From positions 2,732,508 to 2,796,507 of the forward strand of contig MU058584.1 in the NCBI GenBank assembly GCA_013265495.1: a stretch of DNA of 64,000 nucleotides, in the 5' to 3' direction. This stretch comes from Vicugna vicugna. Its lineage: Eukaryota. A program made the position numbers and the translations under genes. The notes below the pieces were generated by a model. The model searched no databases and was not told the origin of the DNA. It saw only the letters and a program-made list of their open reading frames with translations. Positions 12,871 through 25,100 of the stretch are shown piece by piece; positions within the stretch are counted from its first letter, which is position 1, and each line of letters starts with the position of its first letter.

Positions 12871-13764
12871 TAAGTTTTTCTCTTTTAGGCTCATGCCCAA
12901 TGTCATTAGTTTCGCGTGGTAGCTTCCCAAGTAAATATTAGAAGGGTTGAGAGAAACCATATGGGATTTTAAAAATACAATACAAATTCAAAGATTTTTT
13001 AACTCACTCACAAGAGCCAAAATACTTCCCCAAATATGCATAAATTAATTAGTGTCACAGATACATTTGAAAATTGGAGCACATGCCCATTCATGAAACC
13101 ACTATCAGCAAACTGATTAACTAGGGCCCATTCTGTGGCCTCGTTTAAGAAGCGTGATCAATGAATTAATAAGCCTTGTCATTACAGGTACCTTCTGAGA
13201 GAGACTGAGCCTCTGTTAAATGTCATGCAAGACCTGGAACGTTCACAGGTTTGTGAAATTCAAATGCATTATTTCCTCCCGACAGATGCAATCAAGTCAG
13301 TAGAACTCAGTTCAACCTTCAGTTGCCAACAAATGATCATAATTGTTGGCCAAGAAGGGTAAACATAAGCCTGCTTAACAAATTCACTAATTATCTTTCA
13401 GTTTAGGATTCATGTAACAAATAAATACTGAATGCCTGCAGCTTGTCAGTCAGTTCATATAAACCAACAAGGGTAAGTAGATTTTATTTGTTTAAAAGCT
13501 CCTGTTCTCAAGCCAAGTATTTCTTGCCCTTGATTTTTCTTTCCTGAATCTGATGTGTGTGTGTACTTCACAAGGCAATCTGTCTGCCCTTATATCCTTT
13601 TAAAAATATTAGGTATATCGGCTGAGAATTCTTAAAAAAGTAATGCTGAGGTTTAAAAGTAATGAAAGAAACAAGCCCCTGGTATGAGAGTAAAAACTGC
13701 TCGTACAGGCGTAATCTACAGTTGGCTGGCACTGCTGAATATTAGGAAATAAATTATCAGTGTA

Positions 13765-13940
13765 ATTAGCTGCCATTTACTGAGGATCTTAGCAGATGCT
13801 GTATAAACACGCATAACCTTTAATCCCTACAACTTGAGTAAAGACATAGTTTCTGCTTTTTAGAAATAAGGAGGAAGATTACTCAGAAACTAATTTGCCA
13901 AGTAACAAGAGCTGGGATTTGAACCCTTGTCTGTGTGGGG
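13765..13940 (-). mobile_element. MIR fragment
   Basis: catttactgag...ttaatccctacaac...gagctgggatttgaaccc. Confidence 0.6.
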
Positions 13941-14043
13941 AGTCGGCGGAGAGGAGGTATGTCTGTCTTCCTGCCACCCATTCTTACAGTGTTATCTTCT
14001 CCATGTGAGAATGTGCCTAACACTTTCCCTTTCTTCCAGATCA

Positions 14044-14115
14044 CCAGCTCTTAAACATTTAGGATCATGTGCGGATTCCAGGATCTGATGAGAATCTATG
14101 GACCCTCTCCTCCAG

Positions 14116-14159
<44 letters not shown>

Positions 14160-14220
14160 CTGGGAAAATAAGTCAAGGGATTCATGGATACCCTGAAGCA
14201 AAACCCAGGTTCAAAATCTC
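14044..14220 (-). mobile_element. Charlie4z-like hAT MITE
   Basis: gatctgatgagaatctatggaccctctcctccagaaa...ggattcatggataccctgaagc...ccaggttcaaaatc. Confidence 0.65.
14118..14157. repeat. (AC)20 perfect microsatellite
   Basis: Read directly from sequence. Confidence 0.97.
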
Positions 14221-14634
14221 TATTGCAAATACAGTCTCCAAACATTGACCCGGCTGGATTTTTCACTCACTTGCCTCCTTTACACTTCCCCCTCCTTTCA
14301 GGCTTCTATGGACCTTTTTAAGGAATAAAATAATGGAGCTAAGAAGCAGATACGATATCTTGTCCACATTCAAGGAAAGTCTTGCTCCTCCCACTGTTGC
14401 CACAGCTCCCCTCACTCTCCTCACGTCTTTGCCATCTCAGTAAGGGTGCTCAGCTCAGGTGGGCTATCTCGGAATCACCCTCCCGTCTTCACTTCCGCTC
14501 ACCACTGGTCTAAGACAGCTTTATGGATCTCCTCCAGGCCTTCCACGATGATCCCTGGGTACCCATTATGTTCCAGGAATTAGACTAGTCAACAAAACTA
14601 TGTTCCAGGCTCTCATCAGTGAACAAAGTAAGTA

Positions 14635-15140
14635 CAGGCAGACCTCAGAGATGGCAGGTTCAGTTCCAGATCAACACAATAAACTGAATATTGCAATAAA
14701 GTGAGTCTCATGAATTTTTTGGTTTCTCAGTGCATACGTAAGTTACATATACCTTACACTGTAGTCTATTAAGTATGCACTAGGATTATGTCTAAAAAAA
14801 TGTACAGATCTTAATTTAAAAATACTTTACTGCTAGAAGACGCTAACTATCATCTGAGCCTTCAGAGAATCATCATCTTTTTGCCATAGTAACATCAAAG
14901 ATCACTGATCACAGATCACTATAACAAATCCGGTAATAATGGAAAAGTCTGAAATACTGTGAGAATTACCAGAATATGACACAGAGACATGAAGTGAGCA
15001 AATGCTGGTGGAAAGATGGCACAGATAGATGCAAGGCTGCCACAAATCTTCAATCTGTAAAAACAAAACAAAACAAAACAAAAGACACAGTATCTGTGAA
15101 GCACCCTAAAGAAAAGTGTGCTAAAACAAGGTATAACCTG
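14635..15140 (-). mobile_element. Internally deleted Tigger1 (Tigger1a_Art-like), inserted in an L2
   Basis: TA|caggcagacctc... left end and ...aaaacaaggtataacctg right end match both Tigger1 termini; about 500 bp. Confidence 0.85.
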
Positions 15141-15359
15141 TCTGTCTGATCTCATGGGGCTCACATTCGAATGGGGAACACAATATATGGGCCTAATAAA
15201 GGAGTAAATTACAGCGAGTCCTAGAAGGTGATCAGTGGCTGGAAGAAATGTAGAAGTTATGGGGGAAGGGTGCATGTCGGGGTGGGCGGCAATATTGAAT
15301 AGTTGGATATTTGAGTAAACACGGGAAGGAGGGGCCAGACTTTGGAGATCCGGGGGAAG

Positions 15360-15530
15360 ACACATTTTATTTGTGTTTATCGTCTTTCCTCCCCTCTAGA
15401 ATATAAGCTCCATAAAGTCAGGGTTTCTGTCTTTGCTACAGTCCGCTGCTCTACCCCAAGTGCCTATAACAATGCCAGACACATAGTAGGTGTTCAAAAA
15501 TATTAGCTGAATAAGAAAATTAAATGAAAG
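15360..15530 (+). mobile_element. L2 3' end
   Basis: ctagaatataagctccat...aagtgcctataacaatgccagacacatagtaggtgttcaaaaatatt. Confidence 0.75.
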
Positions 15531-18500
15531 AGTTAAAATTTACTCTCAGGCTGGCAAAAATTGAGTGTTAGGGTTAATTTCTAAATCTTACCCTAGATAT
15601 GGCAGTATCCCCAATTTAATGGTAAATTCAAGGCAAAGAGAAAGAAACTGAGTCAAGCGGGGTTCACATTTTAGAAGAGAAAACTGAAAACTGACCATAC
15701 GTGAAAAATGCTAATAATCTGAACTCCAACTTTTAAAAAGCCAAATAAGAAACAGGCTTTTAAAGAATCCCAGGATATCGCGTATCAAATAGGGTTTTTA
15801 AATTAGAAATGACCCTTGAAATACAGGACTCCTAAATCCTGAATAATCCATCGATTAGGCTGTCAGTGAGGCACATGGAGACATGGCAGGTAAGATGGAA
15901 GCCACCAACCTGGGAAGTGCCAGCCACTGTGCCACAAAATCCTCCCCTCAGCTGCACTCCCATTACAGACCTGCATACCCAGAACACCCAGTATACTTGT
16001 GCCCTTGGATTTTAAACTTGGTGTGGCTGATTCGCTCAGTTCCTTATTCCTTGGTGCTGGTGAGTCTGAGGATATGGGTTGGATCTCCATGGAAACCAAG
16101 AGACACTGATTCAGTTATCTGGCCACAAGTTACACCCCTGACCTTGCCCAGTGATCCCACTTATGTACATCCTCAGTTACACAAAAGGACACAGCCTGTG
16201 TGTGCATGTGTGTGTGTGCATGTATGTGACTACCCAAAAATAGAGCAATTCAAAGCACATGCTTCATGGTCAAGAAGGCTACAAGTGACCATTGAGGACC
16301 GACTGATCCCCTTCTGCACAATTACAACATCAAACCAAGGTCCTGGATACAAGTCTCTCCATTAGCTTCTCCTAAAAACATGATCTGATTCTAAGAAAGG
16401 CTACGTTCTATATGGACACAAGCCACAAACAACTGGAAGGCCACTGGCAGGACACATGCTCCCTTCATCTTGTCCCCAGAAATTAAGAGAGTCTGGTGAA
16501 AAGTCAGGAATATGAGCTCCCTGGATTCCAGGGCACGTGACTGTATGGATGGTGGGGTCTTACCACATTACAGGTCATGTGAGCTTCAGAACCCTCTTCC
16601 CTCTCTGATTAACCAGCAATGTCAGGGGGAAGCCGAAATCACATCATCTTAACAGCTCAACCTCTGCAACACTGCCCCATCATTAAACTTTTAAAGGGGT
16701 TCACTGGGGAAGTCCTTTAATCCTTTAATAATTGAGTTGGGGGAAAGGGGCCAGTGATGAAGAGCAATTTACCTTAGCTGATATTAACTAGACTTGGCTA
16801 CTAATGGCTTTCCAACCATCCCACTGCGCCCACGTGGCCATTTAAAAGAGCACATTCCATTTGGCCCCTTGCTCTTTAACTGTCAACAGGGACACTGAAA
16901 AATAATACATCACTCAGCATTGCAATCTGTATTGCAGTGCTCCACCCAATTCTCCCTTCTAGCACTACTGAGCTCATTCTACACTAAGGTCTTACAACCT
17001 GTTGGCGAGTAGAAAAATTCATCCTGTGAATCGGTTGGGTGTCTCTGATCTCAAATAAGCTGATATATTTTCCACTGACTTTACTGGCCACAGAGGCAGA
17101 GAGCCATTGGGAAATAGTCAGCTTCCTCCAATTTGAGTTTAATTCCCTTTCTAAGTTAAAAGGTCTGGCCCTTGATGACCCTGTCACTTTTTCTTTCCTA
17201 GGGTCACACAGATAGACAGCCCTAGACAAAGGTAGGATTCCCACCTAAACATCGCCCTTCCACTCCCCCACTGCACACATCAGGAGCTTTGTGATCAGAT
17301 AGCTTGAGATAAAGCACTGAGGTAAATGATGGTCAAAGAGGTTAAGTGATGGTCCCAGGCCCACCCAGACAGAGCAGAGGCAAAGGAAGGACCAAAGCTC
17401 GCAGATTCCGAAAACCCACTGTTCTCCACCAGGTTACTCTAGCCTCCAGTCTGGGGAAGTAAGCATATGAACCAACCATCTGAATAAGACTGGAAAACAG
17501 TGATGGTGGATTAAGAGACCCAGCCACTGTGGCCTGGTCTACATGGTGTCCCCATCCTGGACTCCCTTCTCTTTAACGTTCTCCTGAGCATCGTGGGAAG
17601 CAAAAGCCCTCAGTGGACAGGTGTGTGGATGGTCTAGTGGCCAAGCACAACTGACTAGCTCCTGGCCTGGGGAATCAGCCACACAGTACATACCTTGGAC
17701 CACACTGTGACCAAACAGAGGTCTGCAAGGATGAAGAGCAGAAACGGGAAGATGGTGGACAAGAGAGGCCTACACAGAGAGAACTGGTATCTGAGGAAGG
17801 ACACAGGCTGCAGCCTCACTCTGCCTCCACCCTTCGGGCCCATGAACCAGGGTGGCTTCGGGAAAGAAGTTACGTGGGAAGCGGCAGTGGCCGCCTTACA
17901 AGAGACCCTGAGGAATGATGGAAAACATACCCAGCTTCTGCTGGCCTCTGTTCTGTGGTGATCAGCTCTGGCTAATCCACAGAGAAATGCACAAAAGAAC
18001 AAAGGGAAAGATCATGCAGGGGCAGAACACGTGCCCTCGATGATTCCCTGACCCTTCCCCAGGCTTCTCCTCTATCAGCTGGATGCTCCTCTCTCTCCCC
18101 GGCCTTCAATGTCCTCCCTTTCCTGGTGAAACTCACCTTAGCTACCAAGTAGGCTCAAAACTACCACATCTGAAAATGTCTCCCCTTCATTCTGTCTCCA
18201 CCCCAGGTACAGTTTTTCCTCCCATCTTCTTTCCACTACCCATCTTCTCAAAAGAGTTGGCCACATCATTCTCTCTACTTCTTCAACTGCCTTTTACTGT
18301 AAAATCCATTAACATGCCTTCCTGGTCCCTCCAAGCTTCTGACAACACTACCGTTGATAAGGGTACCAACGATTAACTGCCTACTGGAAGAGCAAGCAGG
18401 TGGCCCTACTTTTTAAAATTCACCACCACTGCCCTGTCCTCCAGAAGCCCACCCACCCTGGCATTCTCTCCTGGATCCGTGTCCTTCCATCACAGCCTCT

Positions 18501-18659
18501 CCCAGTCTCCTTGAATGCTGGTGGCTCCCCAAAAGCTCCATCCTTGGCCTTCTTCTCACTCTGTGTGGTATACCCTTGGGTACTTCCCATATCTACATGA
18601 TAACATATCCTAAAGTTTCCTGCCCAGGTTGGTTTATGGGTGTTCAATTACCTCCTGGA

Positions 18660-19424
18660 AAAGGGAACCCTCCTACACTGTTGGTGGGAATGTAGCTTGG
18701 TGTAGCCGCTATGGAAAACAGTATGGAGATTCCTCAAAAGACTAAAAATCGACTTACCATGTGATCCAGCAATCCCACTCCTGGGCATATGTCCAGAGGG
18801 AATCTTAATTCAAAAAGATACATGCACTCCAATGTTCACAGCAGCAATATTTATAATTGTCAAGACATGGAAAGAAACTAAATGTCCATCGACAGATGAC
18901 TGGACAAAGAAGTTGGGGTATATTTACATGATGGAATACTATTCAACCATAAAAAAGAATAAAATAATGCCATTTGCAGCAACATGGATGGACCTGGAGA
19001 TTGTTATTCTAAGTGAAATAAGCCAGAAAGAGAAAGAAAAATACCATATGATATCACTTATCTATGGAATCTAAAAAAAAAACAAAAACAAAAAAGACAA
19101 ACAAACTTATTTGCAAAACAGAAAGACTCTCAGACATAGAGAACAAACTTGTGGTTACCAGGTGGGGAGAGGGGATAAATTGGGAGTTAGAGATTTGCAG
19201 ATACTAACTGAAGTATATAGAATAGATAAACAACAAGTTCATGCTGCATAGCACAGCGAACTATATTCAATATCTTGTAGTAACTTATGGTGAAGAATAT
19301 GAAAACGAATATATGTACGTCCATGTATGACTGAAGCATTATGCTGTACACCAGAAATTGACACAACATTGTAAACTGTCTATACTTCAATAAAAAATTT
19401 TATATACAAATTAAAAAGAAAGAA
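18660..19424 (+). mobile_element. 5'-truncated L1 (ORF2 end, 3' UTR, A tail) inserted in an L2
   Basis: ORF 18832-19074 MFTAAIFIIVKTWKETKCPSTDDW...; AATAAA and A-rich tail; TSD aattacctcctgga (18646-18659) / aactgcctcctgga (19425-19438). Confidence 0.93.
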
Positions 19425-19539
19425 AACTGCCTCCTGGACACTGCCACCTGAATTAGCTCCCTTTCCCACTGATCCTCCAAGAGCCAGTTAACCTGTGACC
19501 TTTTCCATGAGGCTTTTTCAGTAACCCCTAGCAAGTCAC

Positions 19540-19800
19540 TCATTGATCCATTGATCCGTTCAACCAACATGTCAAATGCCTATCACTTGTCAAGAATCAC
19601 CCAAGATGCTGGAGATGTGGGAGTTAAAACACAGAATGAAACAAAAGAAGGTCTGTGCCCTCATAGAGCTTATGATTTAGTGACACAGACAGTAAGCCAA
19701 CTAATAAATACGCATTTCAAATTATAGTAAGCACTATGAAGATAACAAATAGCACATAGTAATATAGAACCAAGGGACTTAGATAAGCTGATATTTGGTC
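19540..19800 (-). mobile_element. L2 fragment
   Basis: cattgatccattgatccgttcaacc...ctgtgccctcatagagcttatgatttagt. Confidence 0.6.
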
Positions 19801-20929
19801 CCACTGGCCATGCCTCTCCTAAAACAAGTTTACTCTTCCTTTAAGCATCTGTCTAATTTATGTCTCTAAGCAGTCTCTGTTTGATTGTTAATACATTGGT
19901 GCTTGCTTTTATTCATTTTTACGTATCTGGCATATACAGGAGTTTAATGAGTCTGATGACTAAATGAATGAATGGGTTATTTAAGTAATGAATCAACTAT
20001 TTATGAATCCATTTAATTCTAAATTTGAGAAATCCACATACAACTAGGTAAAATGCATTCCAATTGCTGGCGTATTACCTGAAATCTCTAGTTTCATTAA
20101 ATGCCGGTTTACAGAGATTAAATTCAGACGTACATCTCATCTCTCTAAAATTGACTGGAACTACTTTTATGAGAACCAAGTATCGGCAGTGGTGAGAGAA
20201 ATAATACAACACAGGAATACTTAATTTCCTCAAAAATGAAGATTCCATTATTCCATTTTCGATCCAGCCAGGCCAAGTAATAAACAAGAGGGAGTGAACA
20301 GTTCTGGAAATCTGCCTCACGCCAGGGCACGGTGGGAGCTTTCCTAGCTGAGTCTGGAGCTTGTTTGAAAATACAACACTGTTCTGAAGAGAACTTGGAA
20401 AGGGGTTATCCGAGGAATGGATGGACAGCTGCTGGCTGGTCCCCATGGAAGTATGTCTGGAAGGCTCCAGATCTGATATTTAACAGTTCTGCTGCCAAAT
20501 GTGCAGATAGGCTCCCAGAACAAAAGTCACCAATAGCAAACTCTGGGAGCTAGAGAGAAGGAAAATGGATGCTTGTCTCCCTTTGTGTCATTCTTCCGGT
20601 GCAGAAGAGCAGGGACGCTCGGGGAACGCTGGAGACCAGTGCAGATGGGATGGGAGAGAAAAGATGGGTAGGAGGGCTTTGCATTTGTGGGAGAATTTGA
20701 TAAACAGGAGTGATGAGTGTGCACTGGCAGCTTTCACACACACACAAACACTCAGGAGTTCCCCAAATCCACAAAACTTCCTTTAAAACCACAGAATATG
20801 TAAACAGCTGACCATCGAAAGCCTGCCGGAAAGCTCAAGTATCTAGCAGGTGGGGACTTGTTTTCCAAGAGCTGGTTCAACAGGACAAACTGAGAATTGT
20901 GATCTCACTGGGGTGTGAGCACCAGAATT

Positions 20930-21200
20930 CAAGGAGCAGATGGTGTGATTTAGTGGAAAGGCCACTGGACCAGGAGTCAGCGGCTGGGGATAGCATCCCG
21001 GTCTCTCTCGTTACCAACAGCGTGACCTTGGGCAAGCTCTTAACCTCTCTGAACTTCAGTTTCCTCAGCTACAAAATGCAAAAAAAAAAAAAAAAAAAAA
21101 GCAAATATCACCTTAGCTAACTTTCTAAATTGCTGTAAGATCCAATGGATATAATATCTGTGAGAAAAGGCTCTTTGAAAATTGAAAAGGATACATTTTT
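20930..21200 (+). mobile_element. MIR with internal A21 run (21080-21100)
   Basis: gtgaccttgggcaagctcttaacctctctgaacttcagtttcctcagctacaaaatg core. Confidence 0.8.
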
Positions 21201-21298
21201 CCCCAACATATCCTTTTATGGCATTTTCTATGAGCCAAGCATTGATCTGCACGCTTTATAAATATTAACCCAAAATGACCCTATGAGGTTGGTACTCT

Positions 21299-22160
21299 TT
21301 TTTCAGTCCAGTTTTATGGAGGTACAGTTGACAGATAGCACTGTATAAGCTTGAGGTGTACAGCATGATGATTTGACTTATACATTGAAATGATTACCAC
21401 AGTAAGTTTAGTAAACATCCAACATCTTGTATAGATACAAAGTTTCTAAAATAGGAAAAAACAATTTTTCCTTGTGACAAGAACTCTTAGGATTTACTCT
21501 CTTAGTAATTTTCTTTTTTTAATTAATTTTTTTGTCGAAGTATAGTCAGTTTACAATGTTGCATCATTTCTGGGATACAGCATAATGTTTCAGTCATACA
21601 AACACATATGAATATTTGTTTTCATATTCCTTTTCATTATAGGATACTATAAGATATTGAATATAGTTCCCTTTGCTATCTATACAAAAGAAACTTGTTG
21701 TATATCTATTTTATATATAGTAGTTAGTATCTACAAATCTCAAACTCCCAGTCTATCCCTTCCCACACTCTTTCCCCTGCTTATAACCAACCATAAGTTT
21801 GTTTTCTATGTCTGTGAATCTGTTTGTTTTGTAAATAAATTCATTTGTGTCCTTTTGTTTTCTTTAGATTCCACCTATGAGTGATATTATATGGTATTTT
21901 TTTTCTCCTTCTGGCTTACTTCACTTAGCATAATGATCTCCAGGTCCATCCATGTTGCTGCAAAAGGCATTATTTTATTCTTTTTATGGCTGAGTAATAT
22001 TCCACTGAATAAATATACCACAACTGCTTTATCCAGTCTTCTGTCGATAGACATTTAGGTTATTTTAATAACTTTCATATATAACATATGGCAAAGTTAA
22101 TTATATTTATCTTATTATACATTACATCCCTAGTACTTATTTATCCTGTGACTGGAAGTT
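21299..22160 (-). mobile_element. L1MA-type 3' end inserted in a MIR, itself interrupted by a younger L1 3' end (21514-22064)
   Basis: Two L1 3' termini in the same orientation, each with a degenerate TSD; the MIR flanks at ~21220-21298 and ~22161-22330. Confidence 0.85.
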
Positions 22161-25100
22161 TGTGAGGTTGGAACTATCATTATCCCCATTTTACAGAGAG
22201 GTTTACGGGCACAGAGAAAGCATGATCTTCACCCGAGGTAACACAGCTTGTGAGCAGCAGAGCCAGGATTTGGTCCCAGGCACTCTGGCTCCAGAGTTAA
22301 TGCTCTTGACCACTAGACTGTGTTATCACACACAGCTCCTAAGAATATGTATTCTTTCACTCATGTTACAAAACCAGCAATAATAATACCCAAGCCCGAA
22401 GAGTTCTCCATATTTTACCAAAAGGTTTTTCAAGTTCATCATCTTATTTAATTCTCACAATAACTCTGTGACATTGTTATTATTATGTTCCTCTGTATAA
22501 ATGAGGAAATTGTGTCTTGAATATCTCTTGATAGCAGGACACGTGTTGCAAATTATTTTTCCAGTGATGGAGAGAGATGCAGCGTGCCCAAACCATTCAT
22601 GTCCACCTGTCCAACTCCCTTGCATCTATGGACATGGACTTTTAAAAGAGAAGGTCTCTACCAATTACAGAACACAAAGAAAGTGAAACCCAGAAGAAAA
22701 GGAGTGGATGTGTAGTCATGGCCAGCCTCACATACAGATAAACAGGGAAGTACTCTACGAAGTGAGGTATGCATTCCGCCCAAAATTATCTCTTTACTGC
22801 CCTAAATTATCAAAATTGTGTCCCATTCCAGGACCTAAAATTCTACCATAAGATAGTCATTCCTTTGACTAAACACCCTTCTCGTTAAAAAGACTCTTTG
22901 GAAGAATACTGCATTATCATGTATATCCCAATGTGAATTATTTCACACTTTGACAGCTAGTAAAGAGCAGGCTCTAGCCTGCACATGGCATCATTGGAAA
23001 ATTTAAAAGTCATAAGGTGGGTTCAGAGCATAAGACAAACAAGGAGGCAAGGCTGAGCTGAGATCCAAAGTGGGATTGGAAAACCAGTCTTGTGGTTAAA
23101 TTCAGGGCTTCCAGGTGCTTAGAGCCCCAGGGGAAAGATAGGTGCAGAGAGCAAGCGACAGACACTCCAGCCAAAGACATGCAGGGAAGGGTCTCCTGAG
23201 ATGTTTTTCCCCTTTGGACTTCTGAAGTCTCCTTCATGGCACCACCAGTGAGGCATGGTTTTTGTCCCTGAAGAGCTGAGCCCTCATCCCCATGAAGATG
23301 GCAGCCGTCAGTGTGCATGCTTACTGGAGAGGACATGCACAACAGGAGCTCCTGCGACAATGTAAGGAGGGCAGGAGGAGAAGGGGTGACGGGAGCCAGA
23401 AGCAGGGGAGGACACTCTCGATGTTTATGTTAAAAAGGATTTGTTCCACTGTCAAAACCAGAAAGCACTCCCCAAGAGCCAGCTTTAAGGAAGGAAGCCT
23501 GAAATGACAGAGAAGGTGGTGGGATGTATGAAGGAGGCCCTTTGGAAAGGAGGCTGAAAGCAAGGGGAGGGCATCAGGCAGAAGGCAGGTGTGGCTGTAA
23601 AAACCCACCCCTGGACCGGGACTGGCCAGCAATGACCGGGGGATGAACAGAAACTGGACAGTACTGTTTCTGTTGGGTCCCCACCAAATCTCACCCAACC
23701 TCAGTTCTCCCCAGTGATGGGGAGAGGGCCCAGTGACTACCAAGCTCCTGAAAACTGTACACATCACACCCTCTCCACTCACCTGCCATTCCCTTTTCTG
23801 GGCCCCATCCTGACTCCAGTGACATCAACCTCTTTTCCACCCTGGAGCTGAGGGGCCCGAGGCCAAGCTGGCATCAGCTCCCACTCAGGCTCAGGCTGTT
23901 GGGTACTCAAACAAAGACATACTTGGACCCTCCTGCAGAGAGAGAGGGGACCGTTTCTGGGCCCAGAGGGAGCTGGCCTTAATCTGCTGCACGGTGAATG
24001 ACAACAATGCTAAGAATGAAAATATGGTTTGGGGGGATAGTCCCCAGGAGCCCAACATTTTGGTATTTAAAGGAACTTTAATGAGCTTAAGAGGCTAATC
24101 TGGAGTTCAGGAGGGGGTGTTTTGTTTTGTTTTGTTTTGAAAAATCCTTTTAAAAGTTCCTGAGGCTTGATAGGGAGGAGGCGAGAGAATTGTGAGTCAA
24201 GGAGTGGCTACCGTGTAACTGAAGAGGCCGGACAGAGCTAGGAGAGGAGGCTGCTCCAAAGATCCCTTCCCACTGCATCAGCTGGACCTGGTGCTCGAGA
24301 GAGAAAGGATGGTTCTCTCCAGGCTGGAGAAGCGTGATGTCCAGAGAAGCAGTGAAGTGAGCAACGCTGAGAGTGAGCAACGTTGAGAGTGAGCAGTGCA
24401 TTTACATGCTATCAGAATACTAGCCAGGCTTCTCCCCAGACGACTCCTTGTCCTGGTTTACTGGTGACCAACATCAAACTTAGACATTTCTCCGACCCAC
24501 TGAAAAACACCCACCTGTTGCGGCAGGACATAACCCAGCATCCATGAAGGTGCCCAGCACACTCAGAAAGATGTTCAGAGGCCCCTAAATGGTCACCCAA
24601 AGAGCGTTGGTTATGGGATCGTGCAAACTGAGCATGACGCCCCTCCTCAGCTATTGTAGCTGCGTCCTGTTCCATAGCTGGGTGGACCATTATTTTGTGC
24701 ATCTAAAAGATAAATCTGTTTCCTCCAACGAGAAAAATTTTTAAAAGACCAACAGTCCCTAAGGTTGGCCTTGGGGGGAGGGAAATGAGGCAACTGATGA
24801 GATGGTGTTTAAGTAATATCTTATGTTTGCAAGAGTCAAGTTAAGAGAATTCCACAGGGCACAGGGGAGTGAGGGGGAGGCAGAATGGGATGAGGCTAGA
24901 CGTGAAGTCTAGATACAGCACGCAGTCCATTCCCAGCAGTGCTGGATGCTAAAGATTTTTTTTCATATGAACGGGGTTTAATTGGCCCATCAGACAAGGT
25001 AGTCCAATCCATAGTGGCCAGATATCTATCAGGGCTTGTCCACAATAGGGTAATGATGATAAATACAAGGCTAACAGGGTGGAGAGACACTGGAGGCCTA

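Noticed and set aside
16917..16940. Short imperfect inverted repeat gcattgcaat-ctgt-attgcagtgc
   Set aside because: 9/10 arms of this size are expected occasionally in 64 kb; no supporting context.
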